From contig JACKGF010000001.1 of NCBI GenBank assembly GCA_020632095.1, positions 605,366-669,365 of the forward strand: a DNA stretch of 64,000 nucleotides. The letters are read 5' to 3'. Every line of letters begins with the position of its first letter. Positions within the stretch are counted from its first letter, which is position 1. The notes beneath the pieces were generated by a model, which was given only the letters and a program-made list of their open reading frames with translations, had not been told where the DNA came from and made no database searches. The translations under genes and the position numbers were made by a program. The stretch comes from Candidatus Nomurabacteria bacterium (GTDB lineage Bacteria > Patescibacteriota > Minisyncoccia > Phycocordibacterales > UBA918). Below, in pieces: positions 18,347 through 29,329 of the stretch.

Positions 18347-20626
18347 GTGATATTATGTTGGTACCGATTACTGAATATATGTACGTACGAATTAGCTATT
18401 ATGGCCCGTAAGAAATTAAAAAATAAAATTGATAAAAAACCGATGTTTGACGATTTGTCGCCCCACGCCAAGCAGGCTATTTGGGCGGTCGTGATGGGGG
18501 TGTTAGCGATGTTCTTTTTGCTGTCACTACTCGACTACGCTGGTCCAGTGGGTGGCTACGCTGAAGTGACTTTAAGGATACTATTTGGGACAGGTGCTTG
18601 GCTGGCTCCCTTGGTGTGTTGCATCTATATATATGTACTACTAAATCCAAAAGAAGATGATAATGAAGTTAGTCTCTCTAAAATAATTGGGACTGTTCTT
18701 TTGTTCATTTCTCTTCTCGGAGGTCTGGAGTTATACAAGGAGGACTTAGGTGGATTTATTGGATTAATGTTGGCCTGGCCACTGTCTAGCCTCCTTGGTA
18801 ATGCACTAGCCGGAATTTTAATTTTTGGCTTAGTACTGATTTCGATTTTTCTACTATTCAATACTGGCCTACGGATGCCGTTCAAAAAATCTGACTTGAC
18901 TCCAGCTGACGACGATAGTGACTTAGAGACTCTGGAGCTACCAGAAGAATCAGGTCAGGAAGCCGAGGAGGAAGAGACAGAGGAAGAGGAAAGTAGCCCG
19001 ACCGGATTTGCCGCTGTGACCAAAAAGATGGCCGGACTGACCAAAATTGCTCCCAACAGCATCATCGTTAAAAACTTCAGCGGTACATATATTGCTCCGG
19101 CTATATCACTTCTTAATAAGGAAAAAGGTAAAGCGCAGATTGGCGATGTTAAAGCCAACGCCAACATGATCAAACGAACACTGCGGGAATTTGGTATTAG
19201 TGTCGAAATGGACGCAGTTGAAAGTGGTCCAACTATCACCCGCTATTCACTCAAGCCAGCGCAAGGGGTTAAAATTTCAAGGATTGTGGGACTGCAACAA
19301 GAACTCCAACTCGCTCTTAAAGCCAGCTCAATTCGAATCGAAGCACCGATTCCGGGTAAGTCACTGGTCGGTATCGAAGTACCAAACCAAATTCGAGCAA
19401 CTGTCGGACTAGCCTCTATGCTCGCTACCCCAGAGTACACAGACTCACCTCATCCACTGATTGTTGCTCTTGGAAAGGATGTGACCGGACACGTGCATTT
19501 TGCCAACATCGCACGTATGCCACACGGCTTGATTGCGGGTACTACTGGCTCTGGTAAGTCAGTGGCTATCCAAAATATCATTATCTCTCTCCTCTACCGC
19601 AACTCACCCGACCAGCTCCGCTTCATCCTAGTCGACCCAAAACGAGTTGAACTCACTCTATACAACAAAATTCCTCACCTCCTCACCCCAGTTATCACCG
19701 ACGCCAAAAAAGCGATCCGTGCCTTATCTTGGGCAGTGAAAGAAATGGAACGCCGGTACGACATTCTAGAATCAGAACAAGTACAAAACATCACTTCCTA
19801 CCACAAGAATGTCTACCAAACCGCCAAGAAAGCTTGGGAAGACGCTGGCTCACTGGAAGAAGAACAGGCCAGCCTGCCGGAAGCATTACCATACATAGTA
19901 ATCATCCTCGATGAGCTCAACGATCTCATGCAAGCCTACCCACGCGAGCTAGAAGCCTGTATCGTCCGACTAGCTCAAATGAGTCGTGCGGTTGGTATTC
20001 ACCTCATACTAGCCACCCAGCGTCCGTCGGTAAACGTTATTACGGGTACCATCAAGGCCAACGTACCGACCAGAATCGCCATGGCGGTAGCTTCCCAAAT
20101 CGATTCGAGAACCATTATCGACACCGTCGGGGCCGAAAAGCTACTGGGTGCAGGAGATATGCTTTACTTGTCTTCCGATAGTCCAAAGCCAGTCCGACTC
20201 CAGTCTGCCTACGTGTCAGAGGAAGAAATCAAGAAAGTAGTTGAGTACTTGAAGCAACAAGACGCTCAGCTAGACACGCTAGACCTCGACACCGTTCATG
20301 AAGGTAGTAACGACGCTATCTACAGCTCCCTAACTGGCGACAAGGATGAAGCGGAGGATGAACTCTATCAAGACGCCAAAGCAGCTGTGATGGACGCTGG
20401 TAAAGCCTCCACCTCGTATATCCAACGAAAGCTACGAGTTGGTTATTCACGAGCGGCCAGACTGATGGATCTACTGGAAGAAAATGGAGTGATTGGACCA
20501 GCCGACGGCTCCAAAGCCAGAGAGATTCTATCGCATGGCAAGGTCCCGGATTCAGAATCATACGATGACGACTCTGATGAAGATTTTGAGGAAAATGAAG
20601 AAGATGACGACACAAGACGATACTAA
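18347..20626 (+). CDS. ftsK: DNA translocase FtsK/SpoIIIE. An alternative start at 18401 is possible.
   Basis: N-terminal TM helices. Walker A GTTGSGKSV. HLILATQRPSV. C-terminal gamma (winged-helix) domain. Confidence 0.9.
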   Translation: MILCWYRLLNICTYELAIMARKKLKNKIDKKPMFDDLSPHAKQAIWAVVMGVLAMFFLLSLLDYAGPVGGYAEVTLRILFGTGAWLAPLVCCIYIYVLLNPKEDDNEVSLSKIIGTVLLFISLLGGLELYKEDLGGFIGLMLAWPLSSLLGNALAGILIFGLVLISIFLLFNTGLRMPFKKSDLTPADDDSDLETLELPEESGQEAEEEETEEEESSPTGFAAVTKKMAGLTKIAPNSIIVKNFSGTYIAPAISLLNKEKGKAQIGDVKANANMIKRTLREFGISVEMDAVESGPTITRYSLKPAQGVKISRIVGLQQELQLALKASSIRIEAPIPGKSLVGIEVPNQIRATVGLASMLATPEYTDSPHPLIVALGKDVTGHVHFANIARMPHGLIAGTTGSGKSVAIQNIIISLLYRNSPDQLRFILVDPKRVELTLYNKIPHLLTPVITDAKKAIRALSWAVKEMERRYDILESEQVQNITSYHKNVYQTAKKAWEDAGSLEEEQASLPEALPYIVIILDELNDLMQAYPRELEACIVRLAQMSRAVGIHLILATQRPSVNVITGTIKANVPTRIAMAVASQIDSRTIIDTVGAEKLLGAGDMLYLSSDSPKPVRLQSAYVSEEEIKKVVEYLKQQDAQLDTLDLDTVHEGSNDAIYSSLTGDKDEAEDELYQDAKAAVMDAGKASTSYIQRKLRVGYSRAARLMDLLEENGVIGPADGSKAREILSHGKVPDSESYDDDSDEDFEENEEDDDTRRY

Positions 20627-20628
20627 AC

Positions 20629-20997
20629 ATGTCTGAAAACATTTCTTTCCGCACCATCATTAAGTTTGTTTCAGGTTTAGTCTTATCATTATTAGTATTA
20701 ACTTACGTCACTTTTCAAGCCAGATATTTAATTATTGGCCCCCAAATTATCCTCACTGAAGACCAAGAAGTTACGCAAAACCAAAGACAGATATTTCTAG
20801 TCGGACACGCCTACAATATCTCTCACTTGTGGTTAAATGACCGGTCTATATACACCAATGCACAAGGGGATTTTAAGGAAGCATTAGTCCTCGAAAACGG
20901 CTATACTGTAGCTACCCTCCGAGCAGAAGACCGGTATGGACGCGAAACCAAAATAATCAGATCATTCGTCTACACCCCAGCGTGTTTTATTAAATGA
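20629..20997 (+). CDS. Small membrane-anchored hypothetical protein.
   Basis: Starts 3 nt after the ftsK stop. N-terminal TM. Confidence 0.4.
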   Translation: MSENISFRTIIKFVSGLVLSLLVLTYVTFQARYLIIGPQIILTEDQEVTQNQRQIFLVGHAYNISHLWLNDRSIYTNAQGDFKEALVLENGYTVATLRAEDRYGRETKIIRSFVYTPACFIK

Positions 20998-21073
20998 AAA
21001 AACGAGCGTAGCGACTATTTTGAATTTACATCTTTTCTCAGCCTTTCCAAGCTGAAAAAATATGTCAGGGCTC

Positions 21074-21159
21074 AAACGCTGCAGGTTGTCTCTCTTCCAG
21101 AAATAACCTAGCGAGCTGCTAAGTACCCTAAACGCCACAGGTTATCTCTATTCCAGAGA
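21074..21159. promoter_or_regulatory. Two ~31-bp imperfect direct repeats upstream of recA (candidate regulator binding sites).
   Basis: caaacgctgcaggttgtctctcttccagaaa (21074-21104) and taaacgccacaggttatctctattccagaga (21129-21159). Confidence 0.3.
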
Positions 21160-21216
21160 AAGCACGTAGCAATCACTAATAGTCCACCCGCTCATTAATA
21201 CCCCCAACATTCACCT

Positions 21217-22299
21217 ATGGCAGCAAAACCAAAGAAAAAAGCAGAAGTAGTTGACATTGATACTACTGAAACAACTAACACAAATGAATCAAAAGAAATC
21301 CTCGAGACTATAAGAAGTATCAAAACCAAGTTCGGTAACGAGTCTATTATGACTCTCGACCAAACTAAAAAAGTCGATGTGGAAGCCATCCCAACTGGCT
21401 CTATTGGTCTGGATGACGCACTCGGTATTGGCGGTTATCCTCGGGGTCGAATTATTGAAATCTATGGTCCTGAGTCTTCTGGTAAAACCACCCTATCTCT
21501 ACATGCCATTGCCGAAGCACAAAAGGCTGGCGGAATCTGTGCTTTTATTGATGCTGAACACGCCATGGACCCAGTCTACGCGGGAAATTTGGGAGTGAAA
21601 CTAGACGAACTCCTTTTCTCACAACCAGACAACGGGGAGCAAGCTTTGGAAATCGTTGAATCCCTAGTGCGGTCAGGCAAAATTGACGTGATAGTGATTG
21701 ACTCTGTCGCAGCCCTTACCCCGCGTGACGAAATCGAAGGCGAAATGGGAGCACACCATGTAGGTAAGCAAGCTCGTTTAATGAGTCAAGCCCTACGTAA
21801 ATTGACTGGTATCGTATCAAAATCTAAAACAGTAGTTATCTTCATTAACCAAATCCGCATGCAGATTGGCGTCATGTTCGGTAACCCCGAAACCACCCCT
21901 GGTGGAAAAGCTCTAAAATTCTACACTTCTGTCCGACTAGACATCCGCCGCATCGCCCAAATCAAGAAGGGTGATGAAGTGGTTGGTGGGCGTCACCGAG
22001 TGAAAGTAGTGAAGAACAAAATCGCTTCCCCTTTCCGTACCACCGAATTCGATCTTATATATGGAGAAGGTATTAGTAGTGAGGGTGAATTGTTGGCGCT
22101 AGGTGAAAAGTATAAGCTAATTGCCAAGGCCGGCTCTTCCTACTCTTATACCCCACCTGGAGGAGACGAATCTTCTATCGTGAAGCTTGGTCGTGGTTAT
22201 GACGCTGCGCGCAAGGCTTTGAAGGCTGACAAAAAGCTAATTACTGAGCTGCTCAAGCATATTCGTAAAGCAATGAAAGTCGAAGCTGAGAAAGCTTAG
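21217..22299 (+). CDS. recA: Recombinase RecA.
   Basis: GPESSGKTT Walker [29 protein letters not shown]. Confidence 0.95.
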   Translation: MAAKPKKKAEVVDIDTTETTNTNESKEILETIRSIKTKFGNESIMTLDQTKKVDVEAIPTGSIGLDDALGIGGYPRGRIIEIYGPESSGKTTLSLHAIAEAQKAGGICAFIDAEHAMDPVYAGNLGVKLDELLFSQPDNGEQALEIVESLVRSGKIDVIVIDSVAALTPRDEIEGEMGAHHVGKQARLMSQALRKLTGIVSKSKTVVIFINQIRMQIGVMFGNPETTPGGKALKFYTSVRLDIRRIAQIKKGDEVVGGRHRVKVVKNKIASPFRTTEFDLIYGEGISSEGELLALGEKYKLIAKAGSSYSYTPPGGDESSIVKLGRGYDAARKALKADKKLITELLKHIRKAMKVEAEKA

Positions 22300-22336
22300 G
22301 TTATTTCATTGAAGTACCTACTCGGTGTACCGGGTC

Positions 22337-22372
22337 ACAAAAAGGTGCGGACTGCGTCCGCACCTTTTTGTG
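22337..22372. terminator. Bidirectional terminator between recA and the convergent gene.
   Basis: aaaaaggtgcggac-tgc-gtccgcaccttttt. Confidence 0.65.
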
Positions 22373-22403
22373 ACCACCCTCTTTCCAAAACAAACCCCCT
22401 CCT

Positions 22404-22751
22404 CTACGCGTGAGCTGAAAATCGATGTTGAGATAAAGCCAACTGAGCCAGTCTAGCCAATCGGTACCCGCAAGAAACAGCCACACCCACCGCTAAAACA
22501 AAGACCAGCACGGTCATAAATTCACCATGAGTAGCCGCCCCTACGAAAGCATTGGCCACATAGCTCGGGGCTCCCCCTACCGGTACTGCCAGCAAGTTAT
22601 TTACAATACTAGCCACAAACAACCACTTAGCTAACAGATAAGCTGAGATACTAAGAAAGGCCCCTTGCCAAAATATAGGCATCGAAACAAGGCTAATAAA
22701 ATAGCTGTAGTAGACACGGCGCATAATAGCTTTTTGTATACTTGGATTCAT
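22404..22751 (-). CDS. Membrane protein downstream of the ECF sigma factor (possible anti-sigma partner, unverified).
   Basis: 4 TM helices. Co-directional 60 nt downstream of the sigma gene. No zinc anti-sigma motif seen. Confidence 0.4.
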   Translation of the reverse strand: MNPSIQKAIMRRVYYSYFISLVSMPIFWQGAFLSISAYLLAKWLFVASIVNNLLAVPVGGAPSYVANAFVGAATHGEFMTVLVFVLAVGVAVSCGYRLARLAQLALSQHRFSAHA

Positions 22752-22813
22752 ATACCTACTTATACAAAACTATTCCTAAAAAAGTTACATCCCCACCATC
22801 AAATCCAAAACTC

Positions 22814-23404
22814 CTACAAAAGCGCTTCCGCTTCACCATCTTTCCCTTCCTTACGAAAAGCGGCTTTGGCACGGTGGATTCTGGCTTTGACGGTGCCGAC
22901 ATTTTCACCAGTTTCTTCCGCAATAGCTTGGTGGGACCAGTGTTCTAGGTAATGTAGTCTGAGTACGTAAGCAAAATGCCCCGGTAATCGCGCCAAAATC
23001 CGCTCGATACCATCTTTCCTTTCTTCAAAACCACTATGCTCTTTCATCTCACCAAACATTTGCTCGTATTCTGGATCAATAGCCGTGTAGCGTTGACCAT
23101 CTTTAATTAATTTCTGATACCGTGTAAAAGCCGTATTTAAAAGAATTCGATACGCCCAAGAAGAAAATTTAGCGCCAGCTTGTGGTTCGTATTTCTCCGC
23201 ATTAACGTAGATTTTGGTAAAAGCATCTTGGACCACCTCTTCGGCATCCAGTGGATCCCGTATGATTCCTCGTGTCTTACGCATAAAAGGTTCTTGGTAA
23301 CGCTTGACCAAAATCGCAAACAGCCAAGGTGAAGACTTCGAACGCAACAAAACATCTTCATCAGTCCAGTCTTCTGCCTCATTATTGGTGGTAATTCCCA
23401 GCAT
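22814..23404 (-). CDS. RNA polymerase sigma-70 factor, ECF subfamily.
   Basis: Region 2 and region 4 (ETGENVGTVKARIHRAKAAFRKE) recognisable. Confidence 0.8.
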   Translation of the reverse strand: MLGITTNNEAEDWTDEDVLLRSKSSPWLFAILVKRYQEPFMRKTRGIIRDPLDAEEVVQDAFTKIYVNAEKYEPQAGAKFSSWAYRILLNTAFTRYQKLIKDGQRYTAIDPEYEQMFGEMKEHSGFEERKDGIERILARLPGHFAYVLRLHYLEHWSHQAIAEETGENVGTVKARIHRAKAAFRKEGKDGEAEALL

Positions 23405-23616
23405 ATCTTAGTTGCCATCCTACCACTTTTACAACGCTACGAAAGTTGCCCTTTGGTCATTTTTGAGGTGAATTACTCCCACAACAACCTGGAATAACTA
23501 TTACTTCTTAGCATCCTATTCCCAATAGATAATTTCATTCAATATTTAAATAATTGCAATTAATCAAAGATAAACCTATAATCACAGCGCAAATTTACCA
23601 CTAACGAAAAAATAAA

Positions 23617-24192
23617 ATGGCAAAAGTAGAATATAGTCAGGTATTACCAAAAAAGACCGTCGAAATGGACGGTGATCCTTACTTGGTCCTCTCATCTAAT
23701 ATTTCTAAAAAAGACCGCCAAAAAGCTAGTAATAACGTGCGGATGAAAAATCTGCGTACCGGAAATGTCATTGAGCGCACCCTTCACCAATCTGATGTCC
23801 TCCAAGACGCTGATATCGTCAAACAGGAAGTTAAGTTTTTGTATGAAAATCGTGGTGAGTTTTGGTTTTGTGAGGTTGAAAATCCTAGCCAGCGATTTAA
23901 TCTAAGCGCCGAAATAGTTGGCGACCTAGGTAAATTCGTGATGAGCAATAGTGTGGTTGAAGCACTATTGTTTGATGACGTGATTATGAGCATTTTGACT
24001 CCGATTAAGGTTGAGCTGAAGGTCAAAGAAGCGCCAGATGCGGTCAAAGGCAATACTTCCAGCGGTGCCACCAAGGAGGTAATGTTAGAAACTGGGTTAT
24101 TAATACAAGTACCGCAGTTTATCAACCAAGGCGACATAGTCGCGGTTAATACCGATACTGTTACCTACTCGGAACGGATAAGTAAGGCGTAA
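23617..24192 (+). CDS. efp: Translation elongation factor P.
   Basis: 191 aa with three OB-like segments. KNLRTGNVIERT and LETGLLIQVPQFINQGDIVAVNTDTVTY patterns. Confidence 0.8.
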   Translation: MAKVEYSQVLPKKTVEMDGDPYLVLSSNISKKDRQKASNNVRMKNLRTGNVIERTLHQSDVLQDADIVKQEVKFLYENRGEFWFCEVENPSQRFNLSAEIVGDLGKFVMSNSVVEALLFDDVIMSILTPIKVELKVKEAPDAVKGNTSSGATKEVMLETGLLIQVPQFINQGDIVAVNTDTVTYSERISKA

Positions 24193-24456
24193 GTAGATTA
24201 CAAACATAAGAAAAGCCCGGCGATGATACATGCCGGACTGTGGTGGCACGAGGCCCATCAAGTATAGTTGTGAGCAAGGTACATCAGTACCATACCGAGC
24301 CCAAAACCGAGAATATCCATCCTCAATTCTTTGAACATATGCCGCAAGTATGTAAACGGCTTCTGTCCCAGAACCAAACGAACATTTTGCATCTTTTCCA
24401 CCTTTTAGTGTACTTAAGATATGTGTATTATGGCACGAAATTATAATAAAAGCAAG

Positions 24457-24489
24457 AAAAGGGGTGGGTGCAAAGCACCCACCCCTTTT
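24457..24489 (-). terminator. Rho-independent terminator of the rpsF-ssb-rpsR operon.
   Basis: aaaaggggtgggtgc-aaa-gcacccacccctttt. Confidence 0.65.
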
Positions 24490-24508
24490 CTCTGTCCCCT
24501 TTATCAAC

Positions 24509-24760
24509 CTATCGATTGATATAAGGTAGCAAAGCCATAAATCTTGCTCGCTTGATCGCTTGTGCGAAGTTTCGCTGTCCCTTGGCAGTAAAGCCGGTTC
24601 GCTTGCGACTCATCATTCTAGCGTGTGGATTCACATGATTTTTAAGTCTAGTGATATCCTTGTAGTCGATGTGATGCAATGGTGCATTGACTGTCTGTTG
24701 TGTTTCCATTGAGTGAAAATTAGTGTAGCAAAGTTTGAATCTGATTCTAAAACCGCTCAA
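24509..24760 (-). CDS. rpsR: 30S ribosomal protein S18.
   Basis: FRIRFKLCY...IDYKDITRLKN...AKGQRNFAQAIKRARFMALLPY aligns with E. coli S18. Confidence 0.88.
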   Translation of the reverse strand: MSGFRIRFKLCYTNFHSMETQQTVNAPLHHIDYKDITRLKNHVNPHARMMSRKRTGFTAKGQRNFAQAIKRARFMALLPYINR

Positions 24761-24797
24761 CCTCTATACTACTGGGTTAATAATTAATTATTCAAGA

Positions 24798-25244
24798 TTA
24801 GAAAGGAATGTCTTCCGGATTGATTTCTTCTTCTGGGTAAGCCGGTACTGAAGGGGCTTTATTATCGTCGGCTGGAGCTGCTTGCTCATTAGCCGGTGCT
24901 CCACCACCGCTAGTACTACCTCCCTTGGGACCAAATTGCACTCTGTCAGCGATAATTTCTGTCCGATAGTGCTTCACCCCATCCTTCTCCCAACTATTAG
25001 TTCTTAGGCTACCTTCTACATAAGCACTGTTACCCTTCACTAGATACTTGGCGCAGTTTTCTGCTTGCTTGCCAAACACAGTAACATTGTGATAATCAAC
25101 TGCTTCCTGACGCTTGCCGTCTCGGTCGTTATAGACACGATTAGTAGCTAACGACATTGAGCAAACTTGCATACCGCTTGGTAACGCTTTCATTTCTGGA
25201 TTACGAGTTAGATTCCCGTAAATCATTGCCTTGTTAAGATACAT
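24798..25244 (-). CDS. ssb: Single-stranded DNA-binding protein.
   Basis: OB-fold SSB pattern. Gly-rich linker. C-terminal acidic tail ending DIPF. Confidence 0.9.
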   Translation of the reverse strand: MYLNKAMIYGNLTRNPEMKALPSGMQVCSMSLATNRVYNDRDGKRQEAVDYHNVTVFGKQAENCAKYLVKGNSAYVEGSLRTNSWEKDGVKHYRTEIIADRVQFGPKGGSTSGGGAPANEQAAPADDNKAPSVPAYPEEEINPEDIPF

Positions 25245-25276
25245 AATTAGTTAAATCTTTAGACGGATATTCAATA

Positions 25277-25819
25277 TTATACCTTGTCTTCTGATTCTTC
25301 TCCATCCTCATCCAACTTTTCATCTGATTCGTCAATATCTTCAGAATCAACTTCTTCCTCTCCTTCCACCTCAACCTCTTCATCCAAATCAATAGTCTTA
25401 ACCTTTTGGTCAACTAATGCTTCGTGGAAATTGAAAGGATTAGCTTCTTCGACTTTAGTTAACTTAACTAAAATATGTCGGAGTAATTCAGGCATTGCTT
25501 CCACAGCCTCACTCAGATGAGCCACAGCTGAAGGTTCAGCTGTAAATCGCACCCAACCAAAGTAGGCACTCGTGAACTTGCGGTTACGACCTTCAAGATA
25601 CTTGATGATTTCGTAAGCAAGGTCAAATCGAGAGGGAGCTTCTTCGACAGTGATGACAGCACCAACTTTAGTAATTTTGTCTTTCAAACTTTGAAAAACA
25701 GTTGCAACTTCCCCTTCAGCAACCGTTGGAAGTACGTGGAAAGCTAGTTCGTAACTTACTCGCTCTGGAGCATCAGTTACTACTTCAGCTTCGGCTGCTG
25801 GCATTTGTGTTTCTGACAT
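25277..25819 (-). CDS. rpsF: 30S ribosomal protein S6 with an acidic C-terminal tail.
   Basis: Position in the rpsF-ssb-rpsR operon. S6-like N-terminal domain (YELAFHVLPTV). Confidence 0.8.
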   Translation of the reverse strand: MSETQMPAAEAEVVTDAPERVSYELAFHVLPTVAEGEVATVFQSLKDKITKVGAVITVEEAPSRFDLAYEIIKYLEGRNRKFTSAYFGWVRFTAEPSAVAHLSEAVEAMPELLRHILVKLTKVEEANPFNFHEALVDQKVKTIDLDEEVEVEGEEEVDSEDIDESDEKLDEDGEESEDKV

Positions 25820-25940
25820 TGTATTTTTTTCTTATGAACTAAAACCTAGGCTTTTCGTCCACACTGATAACGCGTGAACATTACCACAACTTTTAACACT
25901 ATTCAATACAGCATTAGTAGGCTCGTGCTAGAATACAGCC

Positions 25941-26867
25941 ATGAAATGGTCGTCTACCGTCGCAACATACATTCTGGGAGCTATTGCTGTGCTTGGCATT
26001 ATTGCCTCAAGCTACTACGTAATAAAATCTGAAGACCAGCAAGCTAAAATCGAGATGTTGTTGCAAGAAAGAAATACTTTCTCTAACGAAAGTAAGGCTC
26101 GTGGTAATGCTTTGAAGGTAGCCAGCACGACCATAGAAGGATTGGAAATCGAACTAGAAAACATAAAAAGTGACCTTAATGATTTAGCCGATGATTATCG
26201 CGACGAAAAAAACCGTAACGAAGACTTCGAAAAACAAATCCGCGGTTTGTCAGGTACCTTGGGCGACTTAGATAAGTTGGCCAAGACAGATAAAGAACTA
26301 TTACAGAAATATTCAAAAGTATACTTTTTAAACGAAAACTATACCCCGACTAAACTTAAAGAAATTGACAGTAAATACATTTTGAAAGGTAAAAAAGACC
26401 AATACTTCCATGCGGAAGCGATTGATCACCTTGATGACATGCTCAAGGCCGCTGCTAAGGATGATATCGATTTGAAAGTAGTCTCAGCTTACCGCTCATT
26501 TGATGAGCAGACTGATCTAAAAGGACAGTACACGCAAGTGTACGGTAGTGGAGCTAACACTTTTTCAGCCGACCAAGGCTACTCCGAACACCAGCTCGGC
26601 ACTGCTCTAGACCTGACCGTCGAAAGCGTTGGCGGTACTTACCTCAGTTTTTCTGAAACAGAAGCCTATAAATGGTTACAGAAGAACGCCTACCGCTACG
26701 GATTTATTATTTCCTACCCCGAAGGTAATAATTTTTACATCTTCGAACCTTGGCACTGGCGCTTCGTCGGCATTGATTTGGCTCGCGACTTAGACCGCAA
26801 AAACAAAACCTTCTACGAAATGGACCAACGTGATATCAACGAATATCTACTTGGATTGTTTGATTAA
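25941..26867 (+). CDS. Membrane-anchored D-alanyl-D-alanine carboxypeptidase (peptidase M15B / VanY family).
   Basis: N-terminal TM, coiled coil, SEHQLGTALDL and EPWHWRF motifs. Confidence 0.7.
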   Translation: MKWSSTVATYILGAIAVLGIIASSYYVIKSEDQQAKIEMLLQERNTFSNESKARGNALKVASTTIEGLEIELENIKSDLNDLADDYRDEKNRNEDFEKQIRGLSGTLGDLDKLAKTDKELLQKYSKVYFLNENYTPTKLKEIDSKYILKGKKDQYFHAEAIDHLDDMLKAAAKDDIDLKVVSAYRSFDEQTDLKGQYTQVYGSGANTFSADQGYSEHQLGTALDLTVESVGGTYLSFSETEAYKWLQKNAYRYGFIISYPEGNNFYIFEPWHWRFVGIDLARDLDRKNKTFYEMDQRDINEYLLGLFD

Positions 26868-26893
26868 CTCCCCGTCCCCAAAGACCCCAAAAA

Positions 26894-26930
26894 AACCTTT
26901 CGGTTAACCGAAAGGTTTTTTAGTTTTTTC
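26894..26930. terminator. Bidirectional terminator.
   Basis: aacctttcgg-ttaa-ccgaaaggtt followed by ttttagtttttt. Confidence 0.65.
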
Positions 26931-26939
26931 GACTTCTCA

Positions 26940-27932
26940 CTAAGCCATTTCTTTCAATACTCCTTCGATATCTATCTCCAGAATATCTACTCCCAACTTC
27001 TCAACCACTTTGGCAGACAATGATGAGCCTAGTCTTCCGGATTTTTCAGCGCTCCAACCGTGAGTTAGTCCATACAAGAACCCAGCCGCGTAAGTATCAC
27101 CAGCACCAGTAGTATCAACCGCTACGGTTTTAACCGCATCAATTTGTATTACTTCACCCATCATTGATACTAAGGAACCTTTTTCTCCTAGTTTCAATAC
27201 TGCAATATCCACCATCTTAGCCATTTCTTGCAAGGCTTCCATTCCCTTCTTACCGGTAAAAGTCTTAGCCTCAGTCTCATTGGCAAACAAGATATCTATA
27301 TCGCGACTGACCACCTCTTTAAACAAAGCTAAATTACGCTCAATTAAGAAAGCTTCAGCCAAATCAATTGAGATTAAGGTCTGATGTTTTTTTGCCAAGT
27401 CAATCGCATGCAGTACCACATCCTGAGTTGGACCCTCTAACTGAAAGGCTTCTAAATGCAATATCTTACTCAACCTAATATCTTCCTCGATAATATCCTC
27501 CTTCCCAAGTGTCAGTGCCGCTCCGAGATGAACCGAAAAAGTCCGTTCTGCGTCGGGAGTAATAAATGTAAGGGCGTGTCCAGTAGTGGAAGTATGCTTT
27601 CCGATTCTAGACTTTACACCATGCATCTCTATTGCTTCAATATACGCATTTCCATGGCCATCTTCACCCACCTTAGCAAACAAGACTGATTCACCGCCGA
27701 GTGCAGCTACTCCTTTAATTGTGTTAGCAACCGCTCCGCCTGGTGAAGTCTTCAACTTGGTGTCTTTCAGACCAACCAAAATCTTCTTAGCACTCTCTTC
27801 ATCAACCAAACACATACTGCCCTTGGTTAGTTGAGTTGCAGTCAGCAATTCTTCATCCACTTCCACCAACAAATCCATTAGGGCATTACCTAACCCTGTT
27901 ACATCAATAGTTTTTTCAATTTTAAAATCCAT
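26940..27932 (-). CDS. PfkB-family (ribokinase-like) sugar/nucleoside kinase, possibly adenosine kinase.
   Basis: DTTGAGDTYAAGFLYG signature. Adjacent to ahcY. Confidence 0.75.
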   Translation of the reverse strand: MDFKIEKTIDVTGLGNALMDLLVEVDEELLTATQLTKGSMCLVDEESAKKILVGLKDTKLKTSPGGAVANTIKGVAALGGESVLFAKVGEDGHGNAYIEAIEMHGVKSRIGKHTSTTGHALTFITPDAERTFSVHLGAALTLGKEDIIEEDIRLSKILHLEAFQLEGPTQDVVLHAIDLAKKHQTLISIDLAEAFLIERNLALFKEVVSRDIDILFANETEAKTFTGKKGMEALQEMAKMVDIAVLKLGEKGSLVSMMGEVIQIDAVKTVAVDTTGAGDTYAAGFLYGLTHGWSAEKSGRLGSSLSAKVVEKLGVDILEIDIEGVLKEMA

Positions 27933-27934
27933 TC

Positions 27935-29329
27935 TTAGTATCGGTAATGATTTGGCTTGTAAGGACCTTCTTTAGGAATACCTAGGTATTTTGCCTGACT
28001 GTCAGTCAACTCTTCAAGCACTACCCCCAGCTTAGCCAAGTGCAGTCTAGCTACTTCTTCATCAAGCTTCTTAGAGAGAACATGCACACCCACTTCGTAA
28101 TCTTCATTCCATAAGTCTAGCTGTGCCAACACCTGATTTGTAAAGCTACTACTCATCACAAAACTCGGATGTCCAGTACCACAACCTAGGTTCACTAAGC
28201 GACCTTCAGCCAAAACAAAGATTTCCCGACCATCAGCAAAGGTATACTTGTCATACTGTGGCTTAATTTCTTCCTTAACCGCACCCGACTTAGTATCAAG
28301 CCATGCCATATCAATCTCGTTATCGAAGTGACCGATATTAGACACAATCGCTTGATTTTTCATGGCTTTAAAGTGTCGGTCGACAATAATGTCTTTGTTT
28401 CCAGTGGTAGTGACAAAAATATCCCCGATTTTTACCGCCTCATCCATTTTCATTACAGTATAACCTTCCATTGCAGCCTGCAGGGCGTTAATTGGGTCAA
28501 TTTCGGTCACAATCACGCGACAACCGTAACCTTTAAGTGACTGAGCTGATCCCTTACCAACATCACCGTAGCCGGCCACGACCGCTGTCTTTCCAGCCAG
28601 CATCACATCCGTTGCTCGCTTAATACCGTCCACCAACGACTCGCGACAACCATACAAGTTATCAAACTTAGACTTGGTCACTGAGTCATTAACATTGATA
28701 GCAGGAATCAGCAATTCTCCCCGCTCCATCATTTGGTATAGACGATGCACTCCAGTAGTCGTCTCCTCTGATACTCCCCTCATTTCCTTCACTGTGTTTT
28801 GCCAAAATGACTTATCTTCAATTTCGGTCAACATCTCATTCACAATCCGTAAATCTTCGTTACCTCCGTCGTCTTTTAGTATAGAAGCGTCCTTTTCTGC
28901 GGCCACGCCACGGTGGACCAACAATGTTGCATCTCCGCCATCATCCACAATCATGTTTGGACCCTTCCCTTCAGGGAATTTGAGTGCCTGCATCGTGCAC
29001 CACCAATACTCTTCCAAGGTCTCACCCTTCCAAGCAAACACCGGCACTCCAGATTCTGCAATTGCCGCTGCGGCGTGATCTTGAGTTGAGAAAATATTAC
29101 AAGATGCCCAGCGTACATCGGCTCCCAAATCTACTAAAGTCTCAATCAAAACCGCTGTTTGAATGGTCATGTGTAATGAGCCAGTAATACGTACATCTTT
29201 CAGCGGTTTTTGACCAAGGTATTTTTCCCGCAGTGCCATTAAACCTGGCATTTCTTCTTCAGCGATTTTAATCTCTTTTCTCCCCCATTCAGCTAATTTT
29301 ACATCTTTAATTTTATAGTCGTTTGTCAT
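27935..29329 (-). CDS. ahcY: Adenosylhomocysteinase (S-adenosyl-L-homocysteine hydrolase).
   Basis: NAD-binding [13 protein letters not shown]. Conserved [25 protein letters not shown]. Confidence 0.9.
   Translation of the reverse strand: MTNDYKIKDVKLAEWGRKEIKIAEEEMPGLMALREKYLGQKPLKDVRITGSLHMTIQTAVLIETLVDLGADVRWASCNIFSTQDHAAAAIAESGVPVFAWKGETLEEYWWCTMQALKFPEGKGPNMIVDDGGDATLLVHRGVAAEKDASILKDDGGNEDLRIVNEMLTEIEDKSFWQNTVKEMRGVSEETTTGVHRLYQMMERGELLIPAINVNDSVTKSKFDNLYGCRESLVDGIKRATDVMLAGKTAVVAGYGDVGKGSAQSLKGYGCRVIVTEIDPINALQAAMEGYTVMKMDEAVKIGDIFVTTTGNKDIIVDRHFKAMKNQAIVSNIGHFDNEIDMAWLDTKSGAVKEEIKPQYDKYTFADGREIFVLAEGRLVNLGCGTGHPSFVMSSSFTNQVLAQLDLWNEDYEVGVHVLSKKLDEEVARLHLAKLGVVLEELTDSQAKYLGIPKEGPYKPNHYRY

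Noticed and set aside
18347-18400. Extended FtsK N-terminus from the ATG at 18347.
   Set aside because: Not fully rejected. The ATG at 18401 (MARKKLKNK) is an equally plausible start. I kept the longer ORF but flagged the alternative.
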